Shown one piece after another: positions 45,597 to 58,348 of a DNA stretch of 62,674 bases. The number at the start of each line of letters is the position of its first letter. The stretch's first letter is position 1. Source of the stretch: Pelomyxa schiedti (lineage: Eukaryota; Protista; Evosea); contig JAHLWZ010000878.1 in the NCBI GenBank assembly GCA_020536535.1, positions 1-62,674 on the forward strand, read 5' to 3'. The position numbers and the translations under genes were made by a program. Below the pieces are notes generated by a model. It was given only the letters and a program-made list of their open reading frames with translations. It had not been told where the DNA came from and made no database searches.

Positions 45597-48500
45597 ATGG
45601 GAATTAACAAGTGGGTGCAAGAACGATGCTACACGGTACTTTCTCGCCGTTGGGGAATGGGTGCTTGCGTCGCGGTTGCAGTGGCAGCCCTCAATTTGGC
45701 GCTCCTGGCTCTGTCTTTGCCTTTCCTTCTTTCCCACAGAGGTTTTTTACCTGCACTTTTGCATTTTGGTCAACGCATGTTTATTTGGAAGGTGGCAAGG
45801 TTGATAGCTTCTATCCTGCTTTTCCTTGTGGTGCACCAGTGGATATTGTGTATACGTGGGTGAATGGATCTGATCCTCTACACATTCAATGTAACGTCTT
45901 CGTTTTTATGCCAATTACTTACTCTTTGTATTTTCTTTTATTCTTAAAACAAAAAAGTGCTACAGGAGTACAAGCAAAGAGCTATTATCGCAAAGAGTAA
46001 CCTGTCTGCTATAAATGCTTCTCAGGGCTTACCTTCTGATGTTGCGGGACAGAGTAGATTTGTAGGTTTGTGGGTACCCTCTTCCGTATGTCACTAATCA
46101 ATTGCAGACAATGAAGAGTTGAGATATTCTCTAAGGAGCGTTGAAAAATTCGCACCGTGGGTAAATCATATTTACCTTGTCACAAATGGACAAATTCCTT
46201 ATTGGCTAGATCTTAATAACCCAAAGCTTTCACTTGTGACACATGAAGAGGTGAAATTCCCCACCTTTATTAATGGCCTGACAACACTCCTTTCAATGGT
46301 TCTCAGATTTTCTTGAACCAATCACATTTACCTACATTTAGCTCTCCTGCAATTGAAGCGCACCTTCACAGGTCTTAGGAATGAATATGGGTAGAAGTTT
46401 AATATTATTGAATTAGAATTCCTCATTTGGCACCCGATTTTATTTACTTAAATGACGATGTTATGTTTGGTGCTCCCATATGGCCTTCCACTTTTACTAG
46501 TGAAGCTGACGGGCAAAGGGTTTGACAAACTTGAAAATGACTTGTAATGAAAGTTTTCAGGTGTTCCTAGCTTGGCCTGTGCCCCCTTGCGCAGAGGGCT
46601 GCTCTGCAACCTGGCTTGGTGATGGATATTGCGATCGTTCATGGTTTGTCTCCTACATAAGTTTCACTCTGAAATTTATGTCAACAGCAACGTCAGTGCC
46701 TGTGAATATGATGGAGGGGACTGCCTAAATACGACGCAGACTGTTCCTTCATGGTGGGCAACCAACACTAAAACGGATGACCGTTATAGTAAATATTGTA
46801 CACGGTCTTGTCCCGACTCCTGGGTTGGTGATACATTTTGTGATAAAATGTGTAATGTTGCCGACTGCGGATTTGATGGAGGTGACTGTGGTACGAGACA
46901 ATCACTTTGTTTTATACCACATTACAAATACGCAAACTACAGGTGTGGATTCCATCTTTTCAACAATGATGGGCTGGAGTGCAAGAAATTCACAGACATA
47001 CATAGTGCCGGATGAGACACTAGCTGTTTATTTTAATCTTTCGACTCCATCAGGCTCTGTAAATTTCTCTGTAACTGAGGGCAACCACAACAATCCCGTT
47101 CTTGTGAGGACAGCCGTTATAACTAAGAAATATGGTGTCATGGTTGTGCTATTTAACAAAAATCAGACTCGTGATAATGTAAGTCTATCCTCTTGGGTAC
47201 TATTTTAATTCAACTCACAAGATGAAGTAGAGTGACTCACATTCTCACCCACAGTAACTCCAGGTCACATTCAGCATAATTACTACTGCAGACACCCTTG
47301 GCTTCATAATTTCTGCTGCAACCCTATCAAGTAATAGAACGATGAAAAGTACGGAACTATTTTAAACGGGGGTGATTCTTAACACTGTTTTCCTGTAGAT
47401 CCTACTCAAACCTCAAACAACTCTGAATCTAGTATAAAACTTACAGAGCAGTCAGAAGTATTTTTATTCCTCTTTCTGCCCCTTATGTCCTCACATTGTC
47501 TCAAGGCTTCACCGAGGGCCTATTCTTCACGGCACCTTTTAGATGCATTTGGTGACTCTCTTATTGTAAGTCATTTCTCCTCTAAATTTTTGTTTGAAAA
47601 CAGTTTTTCATAGTATGTCAATTCATTGTATAACAAAGAGTTTGGTTACTCTGCCAGGAAAGTGCCTGCACACATGCCCCATATGATGAATGCCGACGTC
47701 ATTACAGAGATGCAGGCCAGGTAGTAAAGGGGCTTTCATAATATATCTCAATCACGTGAAGGTGGCCTGAACAGTGGGACCTAACTTCTTCCCACCGGTT
47801 TCGTGATTCACGTGATATGCAGTTTGCTTTCAGCTACTATTACTTCCTAATGAGCGAAGTCTCTGAATTTAACTTAACACGCTTGTGGGAAACCCTGGAT
47901 CTAGACCGTGATGGTGTACTTGGAAAGGGCGAATTTCGAAATATGGCAGTCAATTTACTGTCACCTCCGCTCCTGAAAAATGGTTTTACACCTTAAGGTA
48001 ATTCCACATTGACAAATAAAAAGGGGCAGACATCTTGTATCACAAAATAGCTAATTGTACCTATGATATCAACATCACGGAAGTGCCAGTATTTCAAAAT
48101 ATCACGTTAGAAACTCTGCAGACATGCAATAGGACAATTGACATGCTTGAGGATGCTTATTGGGGACTAAAGTACAAGTAAGTGAACTTCGCATTATTTC
48201 CGGTCTTGAAATTTTTCCCAGATTTCGACTGAGCAACCTTGACGATGTAGCATTCATTATGGTGAACACAAATGATACAAGTCTACAAAAAAGACTCGAT
48301 TCCATCCGAGAGAAGAGCAATAAATTTGTAAGAAGACTTGAAAGTGGATGTGGGATTCTAATGACTTTAGATTTGCTTGAACGACAATATGAATCACTCG
48401 CACCCGGCCGCACAACACACCATCCAGGTTCTGCAGAACTTTTATCAATCACTGTTTCCGCTTCCATCACAGTATGAGCTTCCACCAGGTCGAAGAAATA

Positions 48501-48739
48501 GATTCCTTCACATGGATGAACTCCGGAGGGCGTGAGTATTCCATTCCCTTCAGTGAATGCATACCCAACTCATACACAGGCAAAAGATAGTCGCCGCCAA
48601 GAACCTGTACATAATAGTAGCATCCGGAATATTCATTTTCGTGATGCTCTCAGTAGCTTGCTGTTGCGTTTGCTCCTCTACAACCTCACCCTCGAAACGC
48701 AAAATGGCCAAGCGGATGAAAAATCTGCTGGAGCCCTAA
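45597..48739 (+). CDS. GNPTAB: GlcNAc-1-phosphotransferase alpha/beta precursor (Stealth CR1-4, two LNR repeats, EF-hand, N- and C-terminal TM)
   Basis: [99 protein letters not shown]. Confidence 0.93.
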
Positions 48740-48815
48740 CACCCACTTGACACCCAACACCCATGCCATAACTTTTTCCAATAAATGTTTTCCTCTACTA
48801 CATGATCGAAACCTA

Positions 48816-49454
48816 ATGCGCCGAACTACGAACCGACAAGTAACATCTTTTTTTTTGTACCTAAGGTTTCCAAAAAACGAGCATCTTACCCTTCAGGTAA
48901 GGTGGAAGAGCAGCTTCGGGGCCGTAATATTCCGGGCCCCCAGGGCCTCGTCATCTTCTACAACAGTGCAAGCGGATGGACCGGAGTTCTTGCTTATACG
49001 GCACAGGAACGGGGGCCATTGGGATGCACCCAAGGGGGGACCAGAGGCCGCCGACGGTGGAGACCCACGTCGCACGGCAATGAGGGAGATTGAGGAGGAG
49101 ACGGGCCTGGCCAATGTAACTTTGGTTGATGGATTCGAGTACACCAGTGAATACCAGCTCACTCCTGGCACTATGAAGAGGGTACGTCCCCACAATGTTC
49201 ATGGTGGGGATGCATTAACACTGTCATAATATCCCTATCAACTCAGCCAACTAAAAGAAAACAATAAGGTTGTGTACTTCTTGGGCAAAAGCGTTGGAAC
49301 TGAGTCAGTCGCGATACAAGAGTCTGAAGTTATGGATTGGAAGTGGTGCACTGCGCCAGAAGCCATTCATCTCGCTACGCATGACAATTCCAAAGAACTG
49401 TTGAAAGCTGCAACGGCATTCATTCTGGAACACAATGAACTGCTCGACCATTGA
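48816..49454 (+). CDS. Nudix hydrolase, Ap4A asymmetrical hydrolase (NUDT2-like)
   Basis: SFGAVIFR..EFLLIRH..GHWDAPKG..AMREIEEETGL..KVVYFLG..EVMDWKW. Confidence 0.85.
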
Positions 49455-49921
49455 GTCAGAGATTTGTCTGACAATATAGTTTGAATTCATTTTGGTTTGT
49501 CTCGGCTATTTTGTGATCATACAATTTCACTGGAGGGTTCTCACAGACACCAGCAGAGAATATACTAGGGGTGGTACGAATCACTGCAAAGTGGGTTTAT
49601 CTTTGTTTGAGTAAGATAGAAGCACACTTCTATTTTTAGTTTTGTCGACGTCCCCGCCATTTCTCATACAATTCCCAGGCACGCAGGGCGACGACGATCT
49701 CGCAAGTTGTGTGGCCGCCCCTAGTGGAGTGGCTCAGGGGAAAGGGCCCAACACCACCGAAGGCCTTCGACGTGTTCTAAGAAAAAACGGTTTGGGTTGT
49801 TCCAAAAAGAATCTTCACAATAAAGATCCGTACCCGGAGTGCTCAGGAATGGGGCATGTTTGTGCGGTGTATGTTTTCACACGTTACAATGAAAGTTGTT
49901 GAAAAAGATTTTTTTTTCCCC

Positions 49922-52048
49922 CTATCTGAATAGAGGCTCTGCAGACCTGACACCTATAAATACAAGAACACCCAAAATGACCATCACAACAAAGAAGAGG
50001 GGATATGCCCAAGGCCAGTTGTCGAATCCAACCATTGTTGAATACTCTGACATTCCACCCATGCCGGCAAAGAACGTTGGTATGGCTATTGAAATCGCCA
50101 GAGTGTTCATCACCTTCACAACTACGTTCAAGTTGTTTCCAATAATTGAAGTCCTCGCCGCAATCAGACCGTTGATGATGTGAGAGTATATCTCCGCCAT
50201 TTTGTAACACTGTTCATTTTCAATGAGCATGTTGTCCAGCATTGCAATGTTACTTGGAGAGAATTCTAGCTTGGTTCGGAGGTCACTCTCGAGCATGTGG
50301 TGCAGAACCCTCGCACTGGTTCCAAGTGCATTCAAATAAAACACCATACTTTTCTCAAGTCCAAACAGTTGCATAAGCCGGTTATTGTCAGTAAACCGCT
50401 CAATCTCCACTTCCAGTTGCTCACTGCACTGGTTCATGAGATGCAAGTGGTCCTCAAATGAGTACGTGGATTTGTAAATGAGCCGAAGCATGACATCCAC
50501 GAGAGTATCTACATCGGAGAATAGTCGTCCCTCAAAAAGTGGCTGAATTTCATGCATTATAATAACCAAGCGCTCTGGGAAAAGAAATAGCCCCGCAGAT
50601 TCTACCTATAGTGAGCAAATAAGATCAATTTTCGGAACTGAAGATTTTCACTCACACCTTGAAGAAGAAGCTTCCTTGGTCTCTTTGCAGCTGGGGTACC
50701 TTCATGACAATGCCGGTGTGGTTTGTTTTGGATTCAATCCTTGCAAGCTCGTTTGGATCAAGGCAAGAGCTCACTGTGTGTGGGTCAATTCCTAGTTCAC
50801 CCACAAGATAGTGCTGCATTGTGTTATCCGGATTCACAAAATACATAATGGAAGCCTCCTGCTCATAATGGGTGGGTTCCACCCGCCCTCCTGAGATCTT
50901 GAAATAAAGCTTTGTAGGGGGAGCATCTGCCATGATTTTATCATATGCAGCGCTTACACACGCCGCTCCTTCTCGACGCAGCCGGATTAGAACGTACATG
51001 CTGAGTATAAAATATCCAATGAAGAACGGGTAAGTTGCTGGCATCACAGAGTCAACCCACACTTCCAGTGATCTTCCATATTCCGTCCCATACCAAAAAC
51101 CAGAGCTGAAGCCAACTACGCCTGCAATGCTTGATATGACCGCAAGAATAAATGTTGATACTTTTTTAATTTGGTCAGATGAAAGCATTTGGAGGGAATG
51201 GTTACCTATAATAAATCTGTTGATCTTTGGACCAAATTTTCTGACAAAATATAAGACTATGGCACAGACAGTTGGCGTTGTGAATGTTATGATAATATTT
51301 GCAAAACAAAAAGACATCCCAGAAATCTACAAAAAAATTTTGTCATTTTTATACCTCTTGCAAAATTATTGTATGTATTGCTGGTTTCGGTAAAAAAAAA
51401 AAAAACCATAACAAAAGGCTACTATATTCTGTACGAACAACAAAGCGATGCACCAATTGCCATAACGCTAATTTGTTAATACTAATAACCGGGCACTTTA
51501 AAAAAATACAGAAAGAAAGGGTCTAAAGAATAGATGCCAAAAAAAAGAAGAGGGGTGCGGCGGCGGTGGCGTCTCGTTGATACCATACAGGCCACGTTCA
51601 TCGTACACGCGGCAGTGAGCACCGTCATGTTGTTCTTGGTCGGCACGGCCCGCCACCTCGCCGCCAGCCCCGCCTTCCTCGCCATCCTGCGCGCCCGCGA
51701 CCGCGACGTCGGCGGCTTCACGGTCTCCCCGGGCCTGATGGTGGGCGCGGGCCCGTGCAGCGCCGAGGTCGCCGAGCGCAGCTCCACCACGTCGGGGTCG
51801 CCCCCGGGGCCGCCGTAGTCGCCGCTGGCCCCCCCGCCCATCTCCCCCGCCCCGCCTCCTGGCGTCCCGCCCGAGTCGTCGTCCCCTGGCAGCGAGGCGA
51901 AGGACGCGGTCAGGAACGACGCCGCGTCGTCCGTGGACGAGGAGGTGTCGTTGATGCTGCCGTACGACGCTACGGAGGACGTGCTGAGGCCTGCTGGCCC
52001 CGATCCCATAACTCGCGACCACCACTCTGTGATGCCGCCCCCGGACAT
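49922..52048 (-). CDS. CorA-family Mg2+ transporter (GGMSE signature variant) with an additional N-terminal multi-TM region
   Basis: IDPHTVSSCLDPNELARIE, LEKSMVFYLNAL, LIENEQC, SIIGNNLNVVVKVM, PTFFAGMGGMSEY. Upstream hydrophobic exons join in frame via GT-AG introns; the 5'-most exons are less certain. Confidence 0.85.
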
Positions 52049-52454
52049 TTCGTGTTGTTTCAAACGTTGTTGGAAGAAAATCTTTGATTTGGTTTTTTTT
52101 ACTCTTTTTCGTTTGTTGGTTTGAAGAAACTGAGATTTTTGATGATGGGGTAAATCCCTGGCAGTACAGGAGATGTGGTTTGGAAGGCACCTAATGGAAA
52201 CTCTGAGGTCGAAAAGCAGATATTTTGGGGGAAAAAAAGGAAGAAAGAAAGGATCACATCTTCATTTAACTTGAATCGCAATGAGGATGCGTTCCACACC
52301 AGAATTTTGATATGGCATTGTTGAGTTTGCCATTTTGAATATTCTGGTTGTGCCTCATGCCGTTCTTGTTGAAAGAAGGCATGAGGAACTTCTTTCTTGC
52401 ACTTTTTAAGCCCACCTAAAGTACATTCTCCAGTTAAGTTATACCCTAATAGAG

Positions 52455-54783
52455 TCAAAACTCTTGGCAGTGGTCATATCTGCCGTCTCTGTTCCGGAAC
52501 ATCCCATACTTCTTCCTGGCTGTGGCTCCAGACCTGGAGTGAGGGGCTGAACATCTGTGGTTTACAGTCATTTGAAGTCAAAGTGGAGTGGTGAAGTTCC
52601 ACCTTTCAGCAACAGCACGAAGCTCTCTGGCAACGGGAATAATATCTGGCTCAGTCAGGCCAGTATAGAACTGCAACGTATCATTCTGGTCCAAGGTTAA
52701 TACAAGGTTACAATAGTAAAAAAAAAGTTACCCAAGTAGGGTTATGGAAATGCTTCCTTGTCAAATAAACTGCGGCCGCCGCCACCTGAGAGGGGGTATA
52801 TGCCAACATTCGGTATTCCAAGAGACTCAATTCCACAAGGAATTTAGAATAAGTGTGTTGTACATCATCTGAATAATTTGCTTTGCTAAACCGGCGAAGG
52901 AACAGCAAAGGAGAAGGAGTCGAAATAGAATAATGGAGTGTGTTAAGGACTTGGAGTTCCATCTAAGATTCTTAAGTCACAGTCACTAAACAACAACACT
53001 TACAGCTCTGACTCTCTCTCTAGTGTAGAGATTATCCGATACTACTATGAGATCCTGAATCGGCACGGCATATATTTCCTCGAACTTTGAAGCAATGAGA
53101 AGGGCAGTCATCCCAAGAAGTTGTAAGTCCTCCCTATGCATGTATGTAAGAAGAAGAGAACCAGTGGTCGGGTCGAACAACTTGGTACATAAGCAAAGAG
53201 ACAGATACTTATCAACTATGTAGATGGTCAAGAACAGTGTATCATTGGTAAGTTTGAACTTGAAAATGACCGCGCACTACGGAAAGTATTACACTCATGG
53301 TAGGAAAAAATTGGCTGATACAAGCCACTCAACAAGCACTTCTCGAATGCCTTCAGTGACTACTCCCCCATGGTGATCCATATAAGTAGGGTCAACCAAA
53401 TCTACCACCTGTTGGAAGAAAAGGTAAACTTCAACCGAAAAATTTTCTAAGTTTCTAACCTGCTTCTTCATGGCATAGTCCATGCATTGACCCACGTACT
53501 CACACACAAAGCTTGGATCCGCGTAGTCAGGTTCATCTATGTTGTCAACGAAGTGAAGATTCGTAGTCGAGCGTACTGTGCGGATTCTTTCCAAGGAAAA
53601 TGACAGGCATAATGTACCAACAAAGTGCGGCCCAGAACCAGAAATGTAACCTGGAGTTGCAGATGTTGGGCAGCTTACAAATCTTCTAGGATTCGGGGAG
53701 CTGTAGGTATGAACTGCAGGTTGAAGAGTTGTAGATTTAGTATGCTGGAAGGGTTGGACTGGCTGCTGGTTTCTGGACGTATCTGGACAGGAAAGACCCT
53801 CCTGGTGGCAGACACTACTCACAGTGTGTTTACCAGTATGTCCTGTAGTCGTAGCTGAGCTTGAAGGAAGAGCCGGAATTCTGGTTCTCAGTGTACCTGT
53901 GTTTTGTAGACTAAAACCATGGCAAGAAGGAGCGGTGATAGACTCTACTACAAGTGAGCTTACTGGATGCGCCGCGGATTGCTTTGGAGCTCTCTGAATG
54001 TCAACACCCTGCTGTGGAACTGGTTGTATGCCCAGGTTCTGAAGTTTTATATGAGGAAAAGGAATTCAAAATTTCAAGGATAGGTACAGGTTTCTTCACA
54101 GAGCGACGCTTTTGACCAGTGTCTCCTTGTCCAAGCCTATCCTTCTCGCTTGTCTCACACTGTGCAGGATTCCCAGGCTTCTCAGGTTTCTCAGGTTCCT
54201 CGGACTCCACAAAAGTAACATCCTCTGGGGGTCTCTTAGAGCCAGCCAAGGCGTGGGCGGGCGAAGTAAAATCCCCTTCAACTTCACAAGTCGAAGCCGA
54301 AATAGCGCCAGAGGAAGGTACCTGCGTGTGCCTATGTCTGGATCCTGACCCATGAGGCTGTGGCTGAGGCTGTGGATGTGGTTGAGGCTGAGGCTGTGGC
54401 TGAGTACGAGGCTGGGCTTGAGTGATAGCCTGAGTCTGAGTAAGAGGGTGAACTGGAGCCTGCGTACTAGGTAGTTGACGGGGTTCGATGGGTCGGCCAT
54501 TCTCGTCGCGTCGATCCGACGACGACACAGGGGCACTGGACTTCTTAGTACCTTTGGGTTTGGCACTCGTGGCAGTGGCAGAGTTAGTAGCAGTAGACGT
54601 AGACGTAGACGACGACCCCGAATTGGTGATATCGCTAACCCCGAGAGTCGCCCGTAGTTCTCGTGCGGGAAGCTGCTTGTTGCCCTCGTCCTTGTCGTTG
54701 TTCTTGTCCTTGCCGCTGCGGTGCGAGAGGGCGTTTTCGTTTTCGGAGGCGCGATTTTCGGGAACGGTTCGGCTCGGCTGCAT
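52455..54783 (-). CDS. Mitotic B-type cyclin
   Basis: D-box-like RATLGVSDITN; DPSFVCEYV, IREVLVEWLV, FKLTNDTLFLTIYIVDKYL, LQLLGMTALLIASKFEEIY, FLRRFSKA, ARKKY. End is approximate. Confidence 0.9.
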
Positions 54784-54863
54784 TTGAGGGAGTCGATGTT
54801 TGTGGTTCGTAAGCTGGGGTTGCTTGATTTTGTGGTTTGTTGTGTTCGTTCATGTTTGAGTGC

Positions 54864-54945
54864 CTTATAAATGCCCGGCCAACAATTTGCTTTTACAGGA
54901 TTGGCCAAAAAAACCAACAAAGTCAAATAAAGATTTTTGGCGGGG
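54864..54945 (-). promoter_or_regulatory. Putative cyclin promoter elements: TATA-like, CCAAT, E2F-like
   Basis: ttataaat near 54866; attgg at 54900-54904 (CCAAT on minus); tttggcgg at 54936-54943. Confidence 0.35.
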
Positions 54946-56115
54946 ACACAGAGCCAGGGGAAAATTACTGGGGGTGATACTCGGTGATGTACAACCCAGG
55001 AAAATGCAAAAATTTCTTTGTAGTCAATAAAACAGAAAAAGGAAACAGGGACCCTTCTTTTCTTGCGCCTTATTATTTTAGGCCCTGGCGAGATTGCAGT
55101 TGACAATGCATGCATGTCGTTGATGTGCCAGACAAGTTGAATAACAGTCGCAGTGTCCCGACATAATTTCTTTTGAAGTGGCATTGTTGGGATACAACAA
55201 ACTGGGAATCTCCCCAAAATAGAGTCATTTTGTTAAATTCATAGAAACAAAGAACGCAGCCAAATTTTGTTTCAGTTCCCCAGAAGCATGGTGGCCAGAA
55301 TAGTGTATGTTATTCGAGGTTAGCACTTTGTCATATCCTCCACAAGTTAGTTCTGGTTCACGAGAGGGAATCGTCACCATTCGAAACTGGCTGCGAGTAA
55401 TTTATTGTAGTAATTCATAGTTCTAGTTAAAAAAAAGCGTTCATAACTGACCATGAGTGGATGAAGTAGTTAGACCTTGTAGCGGTTATAAACCCAGAGA
55501 CGCTATTTCTAGAATAAAGTTACTTCGAGTCACAATTATGACTTTGAGTCAAAGCCACAACTACTACTTATAGTTCATTTAAATTTATATACCATCTCCT
55601 GTGTGATAACCGCATTTTCGTATGGGAACACGTTTCAGTTAAATTCACCAACTAGTTGTAAGATACAACTACAACAACCTGGCACTTCCCAGAGCGATAT
55701 GGAACCACCGACACTTGGGAACTCATTCCGTGCGGAAATAGTTTAAACTTCGGCCTGTGTCATCGTAAGTACGGTACTCAGAACATGTTCTTTCCGTGAA
55801 TCACTCCCGCACTTAGAGTAGGGCAATACCTCTTGAGCATGTGAGGTAGTCTCACAGTCGTAGAGTACCACAGCGGGCAGTCGTTTTGACCGGGCTCATT
55901 TTCATAGTAAATTAACAGTCAACTTGATCCCGGATTCTCAGCTGGAACAAAGCCCTCTGGACGACCTCAATGCAGTGGGATCGCCCTTATGGTAAGGGGG
56001 AACCGGGAGAAATTAGGTCCTCCACAGGACGGAGGGCAAGTGAAGGTGATGAGTTCATGATCACAAGATCAGTACGAGGGAATAATTTACCGTACTTCGA
56101 AGTAAAATGGGGGAC

Positions 56116-57147
56116 ATGCTGGAAGAAATTGAAAGTTTGCCGTCTCTTCCCTGCAACTTCTCGCCTTACTTTGTCCACAGTGTCATTGAAAGTTCTGGTT
56201 GTGGGTAATGGCCAAGTGGGTATGCTGCTGTAACTTGAAAGTGTTGGAACTAGTCTATCTAAGGTTTTCGTTTTCTGATATGGTTGCCAGGCAAAACAAG
56301 CTTGATACGAAGGTTTGCAAAGGACACATACACGGACGAGTATAAGAAAACAATTGGGGTTGATTTCCTGGAGAAGCAGTTTTTTGTTCCCTCTGTTGGG
56401 GAGTCAGTGAAGATGATGTTGTGGGATACTGCCGGTTATATCTCCCTTGTTAGTGTAGTTTTTTGACCTGACATTAATAAAGGGCAGGAAGAGCAGTTCA
56501 GTATCACTAGAAATTTCTTCAGCGGTTGGTATAGTGGCTTTTCTACGGAACTCAGCTTTTTTTAGGTGCATCTGCCGCAGTTATTGCATTTAGCACTGTG
56601 GATCGTGCTTCGTTTGATGCAATTGGATCATGGATTGATAAAGTGAAAGCTGAGTGCGGGCCAATTGCAATGGTTCTAATGCAAAATAAAGTGGACCTAA
56701 TGGACCATGCTGTAGTGTCAAAGTACGTGACTTATGCCTACCAATATCAATGAAACTTGAAACCCTAACTTCTGACTCACAAGCAAAGAAGTTGAGGATG
56801 CGGCCTCACGTTTTGGGTTACGATTGTATAGGGTCTCTGTTAAAGATAACCTCAATGTTGTCCAATGTGTGTTTATCCCAATTTCTAAAAACTGTTTCAA
56901 ACACCCAAAAGTGTTTCAATATCTTGTTGAGCTCTATGTAAAAAGACGCAATCAGGCCCCGCCACCAGTTGCTGTCCAAGGTACAAACTACCCCTTAATA
57001 GCAAGTTTGAAAATAATTGTTCCAGTTGGAGATTTTGGAGACACCAGAGCACCAGTGTCCAACACAACAACAAAGGGTGCATTCCAACTTGAGAAACCAA
57101 CGCCGGTGGACAACACTGCAAGAAAGAAATCATCAGGCAAGTGCTAA
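56116..57147 (+). CDS. RAB23: Rab23 small GTPase, multi-exon
   Basis: MLEE..SLKVLVVGNGQVGKTS, YKKTIGVDFLE, LWDTAGQEE, MQNKVDL, LYRVSVKDNLNV..VFQYL. Confidence 0.9.
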
Positions 57148-57275
57148 TCGACACCACCTCTGTACAATGTATAAAACCAAGTGCTAAAATAGAAAATTCT
57201 TATTTTTTTTTGAGCAACTGTGCATTTCTGCTTAAAATCTTTTCCTTCCGATCAGAAATAAACAAAATAACGGAC

Positions 57276-58348
57276 ATGTCGACCCCGGGCGGTGTTACGG
57301 CAAACACGACAACACCCACTACTACAAAAACGACGCAACCAACGAGAGATCTAGGCAATATTGCACGCGTTAGCACGAACGGCACAACTCGCAGGTATAC
57401 GTGGAAAGAGGTAATGGTGTCACACCGGTGTCCGATTTGTACTTCTCCCATCGTACCTCGTAGTGTGTCGTGCAACAAGGTAATGTTCTTGTGTGCGAAT
57501 AGAAAGGTATGCCTCCCTCTTTCCGGTGACGTCTGTATACTTTGTATATGATACAATTAATTTCAATTCGCAATCACTATGCTTTTGTTTCGTGACTGTG
57601 GTGGCTGGAATTGTGGTAAGTAGCAGCAGTGGTTAACTCCATTGCACCACCACTGTTTTTTTTTGGCTACTGAGCACCAAATTGTGTGCTCCCATTCCAA
57701 TGTATTTCCTTTGCCTTTTTTCTTTTCTTTTTACCTAATGTACAATACGATCCTTCTTTCTGTCTTTGTGCAATTTACCTAATTCCTTTTTAGTGCACAT
57801 TCCCCCTCGAGGAACCTGACATGCAACAGTATGTCATCCCGTCGGACTTGGTTACTGTGGTACATAAAGTCAGTCCTACTTCCTCGCGGGCTAGTACCCC
57901 TTCAAGACCCGTCACCCCAGTTTCAAGTGGTGATGTACAATCCAACAACACGGAGAATGCCCAGCAACCACTGAACAAAAGGAGGAGACAGGATGTTTCA
58001 CCCCCTAATACCATAACATTCAACCGGCAACACCTGCCGCACACCACAAATCCCACTTCACCTGTTGATATACATTCTGCTTCTATAAACACATCATCAG
58101 ATTCGCATCCACCTTCCATCACCCCACCACCCATTATTGACTTGGTCTCTCCACCGACTATCCACTCCCCACAACCTAATAGGAACCCTCCACTGAATGT
58201 GGCAGGCAATCCACCCCCAATTCACACATCAAGTCAACCACCTCCCATTGTGTCAAACACTTGCCCGCTTCCACCACCCAGTCCCTCTTCTGATGCTCTC
58301 CTTGACTTGTTTTCTCTTCCACCTGACGACCTCATCCTTGCCTTGTAG
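57276..58348 (+). CDS. Uncharacterised protein with C4 zinc ribbon and Pro/Ser-rich tail
   Basis: Splicing exon 1 (ending near 57506) to 57794 gives CPIC-x17-CANRKCTFP, in frame with the 57821 ORF; NLS-like NKRRR. Confidence 0.65.

Noticed and set aside
49833-49857. In-frame TGA as a possible selenocysteine codon
   Set aside because: No recognisable selenoprotein motif or SECIS; the ORF itself is unsupported.
51498-52190. Long overlapping ORFs in GC-rich first exons (also 22827-23835, 39584-40584, 54096-55217)
   Set aside because: Explained by stop-codon scarcity in GC-rich, low-complexity sequence overlapping real exons.
55860-55910. Resemblance of cgggctcatt to the RNase MRP 3' conserved region
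   Set aside because: No matching upstream GAAAG-type CR-I sequence to form P4 was found.
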